A stretch of 64,000 nucleotides of DNA from Myxococcota bacterium (GTDB lineage: Bacteria > Myxococcota_A > Polyangia > Nannocystales > Nannocystaceae), in assembly GCA_039028615.1 (NCBI GenBank), contig JBCCHT010000039.1, positions 32,001 through 96,000 on the forward strand, read 5' to 3'. The position numbers and the translations under genes are program-made. Positions 9,900-19,600 of the stretch are shown here, piece after piece. The notes under the pieces were generated by a model. It saw only the letters and a program-made list of their open reading frames with translations, was not told the origin of the DNA and made no database searches. How positions within the stretch are numbered: position 1 is the first letter of the stretch; each line of letters begins with the position of its first letter.

Positions 9900-12800
9900 A
9901 TGGAATCGAGCCCCGAGCTGCTGTTCGAGATACCGCGCGGGCTCGAGCAATCGATCCTCCTGGCGGTGCTGATCGGCTTTTTGGTCACGCTCTTTTTGGT
10001 CGAGAGCTTCGGCTGGGTGTTCGTGGGCGTGGTCGTGCCCGGCTACCTCGCCTCGGTGCTCGTCATCCAGCCGCCCGCCGCCCTGGCCGTGGTGCTCGAC
10101 GCGAGCCTGACCTACATCGTGGCCAAGATGCTCGAGATGATACTGGGTCGAGGCGGGGCCAGTAGCGAGTTCTTCGGGCGAGAACGGTTCTTCTTGTTGG
10201 TGCTCGTCTCGGTCTTCGTGCGCCAGCATACCCAGACGTGGTTGTGGCCCTTGGCGCTGGAGACGGTCGACCCCATGGTCGACATCCCCGTCGACTTCGC
10301 CCGCAGCTTCAGCAGCATCGGCATCGTGCTGGTCCCGCTGATGGCCAACATCATGTGGAAGCTCGATCTGCGGCGCGGCATGTGGCACCTGGCGCTGACC
10401 AGCCTGGTGACCTACGCCCTGCTCGCGTGGTGGCTGCTGCCCGAGACGACCCTTTCGTATAGCGCCCTCGAGCTGAGCTACGAGGACACCGCCATCGACT
10501 TTCTGGGCAACGCCAAGGCCTACATCATCTTCCTGACCACGGCCTATGTGGCCTCGCAGCTGAACCTCTACTACGGCTGGGACTTCAACGGGATCTTGGT
10601 GCCCGCCCTGCTGGGCCTGCTGTGGTTTCATCCCGCCAAGCTCGCGACCACCTTCGGCGAGGCGATGGTCGTGTACATGGTCACCGTTCGCATGCCGCGG
10701 GCGCCGATCTTGCGCTCGATCAACCTCGAGGGTCCGCGTCGGCTCGCGCTGGTATTCACCACCAGCGTCACCCTCAAGTGGCTCATCGGCTGGATCCTCG
10801 GCGACAGCCTGCCCACCCTGAAGATCACCGACGCCTATGGCTTCGGGTACCTGCTGCCCTCCCTGCTCGTCATCAAGATGATGCAGCGCAAGTCGATGCG
10901 AGCGGTGCTGCTGCCCACCGCGGTGGCCTCGTGCATGTGCTTCGTCATCGGCAACCTGATCGGCTTCGCCCTGAGCTTTGCCGACCCCGCGCCCAAGGGC
11001 CCCGACGAAGCCGCCCAGCTGCAGACCAACGACAGCACGCGGCTATTGAGCAGCGCGGCGGGAGTGGGCGCGCTGGGGCACCTGCATGCGCTCGAGCGCG
11101 CGACGACCTTCGCCGACCACGGGCAGAACGTGGCCTACCGCCGGGTGTGGGAGACCGCCTCGCGGTGGCTCGACACGCCCACGCCTCACAACCAGGCGGC
11201 GGTCCTCGAAGCCCTGGGGCCCACCAAGCTCGAGCTGGTCGCGGTGGGGGAGCACGAGGGGCGGCCCGCCTACGCGCTGGTCGAGCGCGACCTGGGGCCG
11301 CGGCAGGGCTGGGACACCGCCTTGCTCGTGCCCGGAGCGCCCGGCCCGGTGATCGCGGTGCCCCGACCCGTGGCCGAGGCGCCCATCGCCGAGTCCGCCT
11401 CGGTGCTGTGTCGGCGCATGCGCTGCCGGGCCCTGCTGATCGCGGGCGTCGACGTCGAGCGCGACCCGATGATGCGCATGAGCACGTCGTCCTTCGACAT
11501 CGCTCGCGGCGCGCTGCGGGACACGCCCATGATGATCCTGCGCTCGGACGACGCCATGGGCCGCAAGCCCATCCTGCACATCGGCGCCGAGCTTCCGTCG
11601 TCCGTCGACCTGCGTCGCGCCTGGCCGACCGAGGTGGGCCTCGAGTGGTCCGATCCCCCCGTCGAGTTCGCCGCGCGTCCTCCCGCGCAGGGCGGCACGC
11701 TGCGGATCCACCCCTTGGACATCGAGGCGATGCTGGCCTCCAGCTCGCCGTCGCTGGTCAATGCCTCGACCCCGCCGCCGTGGGTCATGCTTCGCGACCG
11801 CGATCCGCTGCTGCGCACGCTCCCGCCCGGGCAGACCCCGTCCAAGCGAGAGGCTCGATACCTCGAGCTGGAAGTGGTGGCCCCGTTGGTGGAGATCGCC
11901 GCGGGTCGTCGGCCGACCTCGGAGCTCGAGCGGCTGTCGTGGGCGGCCGAGCGCCTGGGCATGGAGCTGTGGCGGATCGATGACTGCGGCGCGGGTCGAC
12001 CCTGTCTCGGGCTCATCGATCCGCTGGGCGACGATGGCATGGGCTGGGGCTCGCTGCTGGTGCGCTGGGGGGAGACCCGGGAGATCGGCATCGAGCTGCT
12101 GCGCCCGGGCATGGCCTTCGGTACGCAACAGCTGGGGCTCGAGCTGTGGCAGCAGGCCAATGCCCGCGCCATCTATGTCGGCCCCAGCAACGCGCACGAG
12201 GGGCAGAACCCGCTGGCCCTGGGCAACATCCAGGCCCCGCTGATGCCCTTTCATCAGGCGCTCGATCGCTCGCTCGGCGACGACGTCACGCGACCGCTCT
12301 TGGTGCAGGTGCTGGGCTTCGGCGTCGAGCGGCAGCTCGATACGCCCATGGTCGTGGGCCTCGGCCGGCCCGTGCTCGACGAGGGCCAACAGCCGCTCAA
12401 GCTGCGCTGGCTGCTCGAGCAGGGGCCTCTGCAATGGGTCGAGCGCCCGCTGTTCAGCGACGGCTCCCCGCTGCTGCACGCGCTGTCCGGCCTGGGTAGC
12501 CCCGCGGTGGAGTACTCGCTGGAGCTGGGCCAGGCCGATGTCGCCTTGCTGTGGTTTTCGCCGCAGGTGCGTGGCCGCTACGTTCGCCGGGCCCAGGGCG
12601 GAGAGCAGCGACGCTCGCGAGCGCTGGGGCTCGAGTACCAAGACAACTCCGAGCTGGAGCGACTGGCTCCCGAAGGGATCACCAACGAGACCACGGCCCC
12701 CCCCGCCCCGATGATCGAGGAGATCGACGAGCTGCTGCGCCTGGCCACCAGCTATCGGCTCTCCCACGACATCCACGCGCTGCGGCGGATCCAAAACCGC

Positions 12801-13070
12801 GCCCGGGGCCTGACCACCGAAGAGGTGACCGTGCGCGTGTCGGTGGGCGGCGGGACGATCAGCAAGCTGCCCATGGTGTGGGTCGAGGCCACCGGTCCGC
12901 AGTGGGGCCTGCGCGGCATGGTGCTGCTGGAGTCGGCCGTCGACCGTCGCACCACCCTCGTCGCCACCGAGGCCGACCTTCGCGAGCAGATCGGCCTGGC
13001 GCTGTTCCGCCGTGACGGGATCGTCGTCGTACGCAGCGGGCCGCCGTCGGGAGGTCCCGATGCTCCGTGA
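9900..13070 (+). CDS. pgsC: Poly-gamma-glutamate biosynthesis PgsC/CapC-like membrane protein (two CapC repeats) with a long soluble C-terminal extension
   Basis: IGFLVTLFLVESFGWVFVGVVVPGYLA...QP...LTY...FFGRERF...SIGIVLVPLMAN matches the CapC pattern (G.VVPGYLA, YGRR.F, IG.I.PG.IAN). A second repeat follows (GWDFNGILVPALL...LEGPRRL...GFGYLLPSLL), then about 690 aa of soluble sequence. Confidence 0.85.
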   Translation: MESSPELLFEIPRGLEQSILLAVLIGFLVTLFLVESFGWVFVGVVVPGYLASVLVIQPPAALAVVLDASLTYIVAKMLEMILGRGGASSEFFGRERFFLLVLVSVFVRQHTQTWLWPLALETVDPMVDIPVDFARSFSSIGIVLVPLMANIMWKLDLRRGMWHLALTSLVTYALLAWWLLPETTLSYSALELSYEDTAIDFLGNAKAYIIFLTTAYVASQLNLYYGWDFNGILVPALLGLLWFHPAKLATTFGEAMVVYMVTVRMPRAPILRSINLEGPRRLALVFTTSVTLKWLIGWILGDSLPTLKITDAYGFGYLLPSLLVIKMMQRKSMRAVLLPTAVASCMCFVIGNLIGFALSFADPAPKGPDEAAQLQTNDSTRLLSSAAGVGALGHLHALERATTFADHGQNVAYRRVWETASRWLDTPTPHNQAAVLEALGPTKLELVAVGEHEGRPAYALVERDLGPRQGWDTALLVPGAPGPVIAVPRPVAEAPIAESASVLCRRMRCRALLIAGVDVERDPMMRMSTSSFDIARGALRDTPMMILRSDDAMGRKPILHIGAELPSSVDLRRAWPTEVGLEWSDPPVEFAARPPAQGGTLRIHPLDIEAMLASSSPSLVNASTPPPWVMLRDRDPLLRTLPPGQTPSKREARYLELEVVAPLVEIAAGRRPTSELERLSWAAERLGMELWRIDDCGAGRPCLGLIDPLGDDGMGWGSLLVRWGETREIGIELLRPGMAFGTQQLGLELWQQANARAIYVGPSNAHEGQNPLALGNIQAPLMPFHQALDRSLGDDVTRPLLVQVLGFGVERQLDTPMVVGLGRPVLDEGQQPLKLRWLLEQGPLQWVERPLFSDGSPLLHALSGLGSPAVEYSLELGQADVALLWFSPQVRGRYVRRAQGGEQRRSRALGLEYQDNSELERLAPEGITNETTAPPAPMIEEIDELLRLATSYRLSHDIHALRRIQNRARGLTTEEVTVRVSVGGGTISKLPMVWVEATGPQWGLRGMVLLESAVDRRTTLVATEADLREQIGLALFRRDGIVVVRSGPPSGGPDAP

Positions 13071-15678
13071 CGTGCTCTCGGCCGTGGTCCTGGTCGGCAC
13101 GCTGTGGGCCCTGTGGCAGCTGGGCCACGTTCGCGACGCGCTGTCGCAAGCCACCGACACCCCCATGCAGCGCAAGATCCAGGGGGCGGACCGCGTGGTG
13201 CACTACCGCTTCGACCAGGACGGCGGCCCCTCGTTTCACCTCGATGGCGACGAGGTCGAGCTGCGCCTGGTCACCCACTTGTTCCTCGAGCCCGGCCGGC
13301 TCTACTCCGCGTTCGCGACCTACGACTATGGCCTGCGCCTGCGCATCGACGACCCCGAGGGCAACGTGCTGTGGGAGCGCGACATCTACACCTCCACCCG
13401 CCAGAGCAAGGACGAGTGGTCCGACGGGCTGTGGATGCAGGAGAACGCCTTCGGGCTCGACCCGGGCATGGAGATCACCGACGACCGGGTGCACCTCATC
13501 ACCCTGCCGCGCGACATCCCCTGGGGCTCCACCTTCCACGCCCGGCTCGAGGCGCCCGCGGCCGAGTACGGGGTCATCCGGGCCTACGAGCGCTCGCTCG
13601 ACTCGTCGCTGGGCGTGCTGCTGAGCTATTTCGGGCCCGCGCCCGATCAGGAGTCGCGGCTCATCGGGCGCCTGACCTACCTGCCCTGGGATGCACTCTC
13701 GACCGAGCAACGGCTCACCCGGCTGCGCTTGCGCTGGAATCGAATGTCGGCGCTGGGCGAGCTGGGCACGGACTACGAAGTCGAGACCGTCTTCTACACC
13801 GGCTTTCGCATGCCGCCGCCGCAGCTACCTCCGCGCCCACCGACCGAGCTGGTCGACGACCGAGCCACCGCGTTCACGGCCTGGGGACCAGGTGAGCTGC
13901 GCCTGGCGATCGAGGCCGACTGCCCGGAGCACCCCGGCCTCGGTCTCGACCGCCCGGCGATCGAGCTTCTGCACCTCGACGCGATGGGCGTGGTGGATGG
14001 TCGGCACGTCGATCCCTGCAAGGGACAGAGCCACGAGGTGTGGCTACCCCCGGGGCCGCACACCATGCACGTGCGAGGCAAGGCCCTGCCGCCGACCACC
14101 ATCGAAGCCTGGTACGACGACCACACCCAAGATCCGCCCGAGCTGCCCGGGCTCGAGCTGGGGCACCCCTTCCGCCCCACCATCACCCGCTCGCCGCGGG
14201 TCCGCCTGCACACGGGGTCGGTGCCCGCCAGCTACGCCCTGGTCGAGCCCGAGGACCTCGAGTCGGCCATGATTCGCCTGCGAGCGCGGCTGCCCGTGCC
14301 TTCGCGCTCGGGGCCCGAGGCACAGCGCCCCGCCACCATCGGCTACACCTTCATCGATCGACACGGTGAGCCGCTCGAGCGCGGCGAGTGGCGGGTCGAG
14401 CCCTCGCCCGAGCTCGCCGAGTACGAGTCGGTCGTCAGCGCCTCGGATGCCGAGCGCACCTGGTGGGTCAGCCCGCCCAAGACTACCCGCTTCATCGCCC
14501 CCGAAGGCACGCGGCGGCTCGAGCTCGATGCACAGGGGGACGCTATTGTGTCCGTGTATGCGTACTGGTCGGGCGCCACCGAAAAGCCCCGCCCCCACCC
14601 GCCCTACGACGAGGCGATGCTGGTCAACACGCAGTGGCGACGCGTGCCCATCGACTACCAGTGGTGGTTTCCGCTGTCGCCCCACAACGTGCACATCCTC
14701 CAGCGCCACAACCAGACGGTGGACCTGCACGGGCCGATTCGGCTCGAGCTCGAGGGGGCCTTCGAACGCGAGTCGCCTCGCCTCGCCCGCAAGCCCAAGG
14801 CCTCGGACATCCAAGAGCCCGGCGGCGGCACCTCGCCCTGGGTCAGCCTGTCGCCCTATACGCCCAACGAGCGGCGCACCGTGCTGCTGAAGACCTCGGC
14901 CGACTCGCCGTGGGCTCGGTATGCACGCTGGCGACCGGGCGCCGCGACCCTGAGCGTCGACGACGACTGGGGTGCGGCCGCCGTGTACCTGGTCGAAGGC
15001 GATCCCGAGCTCGCGCTGGGCCAGGTGCTCACCGCGACCGTCGACGGCGTCCCGGTCGAACACACCATCTTGAGCACCCGCGGGGTCTGGAAGCTGCCCG
15101 GTCTGGGTCGCGGCGAGCACGACGTCGAGCTCGGACCCCTGCCTCCTGGTGTGCGCGTGTACCTCGACCGACCGGGGCTCGATCCACGCCGCGGCAGCAC
15201 CGACGTCTTCCGCGTGATCACCCTGTATCGGCTCGAGGACGACCCCATGGGCCTGAAGGTCGACAAGACGGGCGACGACGGCGAGTACATCAACGCGCTG
15301 ATGATCCGCTGCGACGATCGAGAGCCGAGCCAGCTGAGCGTGCTGCTCGACAACGGCTCGCCGCGACGGCGCCGCGGCGTGCCCATCCAGCGGGTCACCC
15401 GAGCCGTGCGCGAGCGGGAGCTGCCCGCCCGCGGCCCGTCGACCGAGCTGGTGTTCTTCGACCGCCCGCAAGCGCGCTGCGAGGCGCTGGGGCGGGTGCC
15501 CATTCCGCTCGGCGCCGACCTGGCCCTCGGCCCTCATCGCGTCACGCTGCGCATGAAGGACGGCCCCGGGGTCTGGGTTCGGTTCTTCCGACGGGGGGTC
15601 GACGACTCACAGGACCTGCGCGCATTCGAGTGGACCGAACGACTACTCGACCTCGGCGACACCGCGGGGGCACCATGA
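13060..15678 (+). CDS. Membrane-anchored, beta-rich periplasmic protein of the PGA operon (unknown function)
   Basis: GGAGG RBS then ATG 13060 overlapping the pgsC stop; single N-terminal hydrophobic helix (VLSAVVLVGTLWALW); several beta-strand-rich segments; GC3-rich codons. Confidence 0.75.
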   Translation: MLRDVLSAVVLVGTLWALWQLGHVRDALSQATDTPMQRKIQGADRVVHYRFDQDGGPSFHLDGDEVELRLVTHLFLEPGRLYSAFATYDYGLRLRIDDPEGNVLWERDIYTSTRQSKDEWSDGLWMQENAFGLDPGMEITDDRVHLITLPRDIPWGSTFHARLEAPAAEYGVIRAYERSLDSSLGVLLSYFGPAPDQESRLIGRLTYLPWDALSTEQRLTRLRLRWNRMSALGELGTDYEVETVFYTGFRMPPPQLPPRPPTELVDDRATAFTAWGPGELRLAIEADCPEHPGLGLDRPAIELLHLDAMGVVDGRHVDPCKGQSHEVWLPPGPHTMHVRGKALPPTTIEAWYDDHTQDPPELPGLELGHPFRPTITRSPRVRLHTGSVPASYALVEPEDLESAMIRLRARLPVPSRSGPEAQRPATIGYTFIDRHGEPLERGEWRVEPSPELAEYESVVSASDAERTWWVSPPKTTRFIAPEGTRRLELDAQGDAIVSVYAYWSGATEKPRPHPPYDEAMLVNTQWRRVPIDYQWWFPLSPHNVHILQRHNQTVDLHGPIRLELEGAFERESPRLARKPKASDIQEPGGGTSPWVSLSPYTPNERRTVLLKTSADSPWARYARWRPGAATLSVDDDWGAAAVYLVEGDPELALGQVLTATVDGVPVEHTILSTRGVWKLPGLGRGEHDVELGPLPPGVRVYLDRPGLDPRRGSTDVFRVITLYRLEDDPMGLKVDKTGDDGEYINALMIRCDDREPSQLSVLLDNGSPRRRRGVPIQRVTRAVRERELPARGPSTELVFFDRPQARCEALGRVPIPLGADLALGPHRVTLRMKDGPGVWVRFFRRGVDDSQDLRAFEWTERLLDLGDTAGAP

Positions 15679-16697
15679 ACGAGATGCCGCGCGCGCGAAA
15701 CCTGCTGTGGGTCACCACCACGGCGAGCTGCTTGCTCGCGGGGGGTCCCGACGAGGCTTCGCAGCGCCAGCGCGGCTCCTCGCACGCCACCGATCCCGGC
15801 GAGCGCCTGGGTCCCGAGCGAGACATGAGCGCGCGACAGGCCCGGGCCGCGCTGTGGCCCAACCTGCGAGGCCAGGGCTACGAGGCCGCGTCGACCGAGC
15901 ACGTCGAGGCCACCCAGCAGCTGCTCGCCGCGACCATGACCTACGCCACCGGGAGCACCGACGGCCAGGCGCTGCCCCAGCTCGCGCTCGCGGCCGGGCT
16001 GCTGCTGCAGCGCTGGAAGATCGACGAGCACCACTACCTGGCGATCCTCGAGGGCCCCGACGGCTCCGGTCGCACGGGGGCCTTCCTGCTGCGCCTGGGC
16101 CCCCCGCCCGCCGATGGGCGAGAACGACTGCTGCAAGCGCCCCACGCCTTCTTCGACATGGGTACGGGCCGGGTGACGCTCGACGTGCTGCTCGCTCGCC
16201 CCGCCGACTTCCGGGGGCTAGCCACCAACACGCTGCAGCGCTACGTGCAGCCCGACGGCACCAAGAAAAAGTCCGCCCGCAACCCGGCCGACGTCTGCCA
16301 CAACCACCGGCATCCCTTCGTGGCCGCCACCGTGGGCATGGCCGAGGCGAGTGATGCCCTCGAGGTCATTCAGCTGCACGGGTTCGGGGACGACCGCACC
16401 ATCCCCGAGCTGCCCGAGGCCTGGGCCATCGTCAGCGCGGGCTCGCTCGACCCCGGCTGGCCGCGCGTCACCGCGGTCGCCACCGCGCTCGAGCGAGACT
16501 TCGGCGTCACCATTGCCCGCTACCCCGAGGACGTCGAGCTGCTCGGGGGCACCACCAACGTCATCGGACAGCGCGTGCGCTCCATCCCGGACGCGACCTT
16601 CCTGCACCTCGAGCTGTCCTCGAACTTCCGCACCAAGCTCCGCCAAAAGCCCGAGTGGTCACGACGGTTCGCCGCCGCGCTGGTCTCTGCTCCGTGA
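15675..16697 (+). CDS. Exported Zn-dependent hydrolase-like protein (PghP / Zn-carboxypeptidase-fold-like motifs)
   Basis: ATGA overlap at 15675; signal-like N-terminus; ordered motifs QAPHAFFD, VIQLHGF, LGGTTNVIG, FLHLELS parallel APHGGxIE / SxHG / GxxxxNIxN / QxE of gamma-PGA hydrolases. Confidence 0.65.
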   Translation: MNEMPRARNLLWVTTTASCLLAGGPDEASQRQRGSSHATDPGERLGPERDMSARQARAALWPNLRGQGYEAASTEHVEATQQLLAATMTYATGSTDGQALPQLALAAGLLLQRWKIDEHHYLAILEGPDGSGRTGAFLLRLGPPPADGRERLLQAPHAFFDMGTGRVTLDVLLARPADFRGLATNTLQRYVQPDGTKKKSARNPADVCHNHRHPFVAATVGMAEASDALEVIQLHGFGDDRTIPELPEAWAIVSAGSLDPGWPRVTAVATALERDFGVTIARYPEDVELLGGTTNVIGQRVRSIPDATFLHLELSSNFRTKLRQKPEWSRRFAAALVSAP

Positions 16698-19600
16698 TGG
16701 CCCGGTGGCTGCTGACCCTGCTGCTGTTGTCCATGGTGGGGCTGTGCTCGCGCCCCGCCGCCGCCGTTCCCCCTCCCCTGGCCACCGATCGGGCGGAGTG
16801 GACCTGGAGCCCCACACCCGTGCACTACGGGGTCGATCCCGCCGACGTACGAGCGAGCGCGCCCTTCGTGCCCCGAGGAACACCCCGCGTCGAGGGCAAG
16901 GTCGTCATCGAGCCCGGTCGCGCGGTGGTGGTGTGGATGAGCGCCCTGTCCACGGTTCGCGTGCGAAAGACCCGGCCGGAGTCGAGGGGCACGCTGAGCT
17001 TCTCGCGGGTCGAGCCCAGCGCGGGCCTGGCCACGGCGCGGGTCGATGAAGACGGGATCGCGGTCGCCCCCGGGACGTGGCTGCTTCGGCACCCGGTCGG
17101 CTGGGGCGCGCCGTGGCTCGTGCAGAGCGATCGACGAGTGGAGATCGTGGTGGAGCAGGCCGTCGCTCGTCGGGGGCAGCGGATCTGGGAGCACGTGCAC
17201 GACAACGTCTTGCAGTGGGTGCAGCTGCGCGGCTCCATGCCCCACCTGCCTTCGACGGCGGGCTCCGAGCGCTATGTCCGACGGCGCCTGGCCGATCGCG
17301 AGGTCGCGCGGGAGATCCAGGACCTGTCGGGGGGCAACGCCGAGGTGCGCCAGGCCCTGATCGCATGGCGCATGATTCGAGCCGCCGATGAACTCGACCT
17401 GCTGCGCCCCCTGGGCCAGGTCGAGGAGATCGTGCCCAAGGCCGCGCCGACGGTGGAGCTGCCCCACCTCCGCGACGACCCCACCTCCGCCTCGGCCGAC
17501 CTGCACTTCGTTCGCGTGGAGCCGGAGCAGCCGTGGCACTTCGGGGTGCGTGGTCCGGGGGTGCTGCGGCTGGGCCTGCGAGCGTTGCTGCCCCCCGATG
17601 GCCCGCGCTCGCGACCGCTGTCCGCGGTGGTGAAGACCCGAGGCGACGACGGTCGCGAGCACGTGGTGAGGCGCCTGGACGTGCTCGCATCGGTCGCGCG
17701 AGTCCGTGACGTCGGCGATCCACAGGCGCCCATCCCCACGCTGGTCGACGCCCGCACCGAAGCCGGAGAGCTCGCGTCGCTGGAGCACACGCTGACGGTG
17801 CCCCTGCGGCCGGGCAAGCACGAATACTGGGTGGAAATCGCGGGCAGCCCGGTGGCCCTGCGCGCCCGGCTGGGCCGCGTGGTTCCGCAGGCGCACGGTC
17901 GAGACTCGACACAATGGCGGGCCCGCACCCGTCGTCGCGCCCTCGCCCGACTCGACGATCAGCGCACGGTGGCCGCCCACGTGACGCGCCTTTTGTTGGC
18001 CGATCCCTGGGTCGCGCCGTGGCGCCTGCCGCTGCCCCTGCGCAAGACCCTGGGCCGCGATGCGCCGCGCGTCCGCGTGTTCATGGAGCTTCACTCGCTG
18101 CGGCGGCGAGACATCGATGCCGTCAGCCGCATGGCGCGAGGTCGCCAGGTGAATGCATGGCTGCCCTTGGCCCCCGAGGCCGACGCCCTCGACATCGAGC
18201 TGCGCATGCAGATGTTCGAGCTGCGCATGGCCGCCGGGCGACACCTGCGAGCGGTGGAGATGCTGCGCAGCCACGCGGGGGCCCTCAACGGCGACGAGCT
18301 GCCCGCCCTGGTCGACGCGGTGCAGGAGCCCGGACGCGCGTGGCCGCTGATGGGTGCGCTCGATGCCGTGGCCGCCCGCGCCCCGCTGGCCAGCCGACTG
18401 CGGGCCGCCCATGCGCGCCTGTGGTCGTGGACGAGCTGGGCGCGGCTGCACCCCACCACCGACGTTCCCGCGTGGCGCTGGGTCGAGCCACCGACCGCCC
18501 GCTCGCCGACCGCCGACTCGCCGCCCGGGGCCCTGTGGTCCATGCCCCTGCGGACCGCGGTGAAGCTCGTCGCCCCCGCGCACCCCTTCGAGCGCGATCG
18601 GACCCCCGTGCTGCGGATCTCCGTGCACGCCGACGCCCCCGTGAAAGGTCCGCTGAAGCTTCAGGTCGGCGACGACGTATTCACCACGCCCATGCTCGGC
18701 CTCTCGGAGGTGTTCGAGGTCGCGGTGCCCGTGGGGACTCACTTGGTCTGGCTCGATGCCCCCGAAGGCGTGCACGCGCTGAGCAACTTGCACCCTGCCC
18801 CCGGACAGACGCACGCCAAAGGGCCGAGCCCGCTGCGGACCACGATGTGGCCGGCCCACCGCGACGGTCGGGCGACCCAGTTCGACCTCGGTGCGCTGCC
18901 CCGCGACACGCTGGTCCAGGTGGGACTGCGGGTCATCGATCCTCCCTCGTCGCCGGCCGAGCCCGTCACCGCGTGGGTCTGCTTCGACGACGGCCAGCGG
19001 CGTCGGGTCGTCGTCGCGCCCGGGTCTCGCCCCACCGAGCTCATCACCATGCCGGGCGCGCCGACCGTGTCCGATCGCGTGCACGTGGTGGTACCGGCCT
19101 CGCGTCGCGCGACGCGGGTGTGGGTCGAATCCGAGACGCCGCTGGCGGTGGCGGCCAAGGTGCGGCGCTGGGATCCGCCACCCGCCCAGGCCTTCGCAGA
19201 GACCACCACCGTGGCCACCCGAGGCCCGGGCGCTCGACTCACGCCGCAAACACGCCACGCCGCCACGAACCGACGCCGCGTCCGACGAGGTGAGCCCTAC
19301 GAGCGACTGCGGCAATCGACGCGGCGCATCGCAGCCCAGCCCAAGTCCATTCGCGCCCGGGTGGAGCATGCCCATCGCCTGCTCGACGTCGGCGATCGCC
19401 AGCGCGCCCAGTGGGAGCTGCTCGACGTGCTCGAGGCCAACCCGCTGCGCCCCGACGATCCACGCGTGCCCCTGGTGCAGGCCCTTCAGGCGCGCATCGA
19501 TGCGTTCTTGACCGACGACTACATTCGCCAGCCGAACACCCCGTATCCGCAGCCGTTGCTGCTACGGCCGGCCATGGCTGCGCTGGGACCCGACCACCCC

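Noticed and set aside
14388..15674. 5' part of the 769-aa ORF
   Set aside because: Arg/Ala-rich off-frame overlap with the 13060-15678 gene; the true start is the coupled ATG at 15675.
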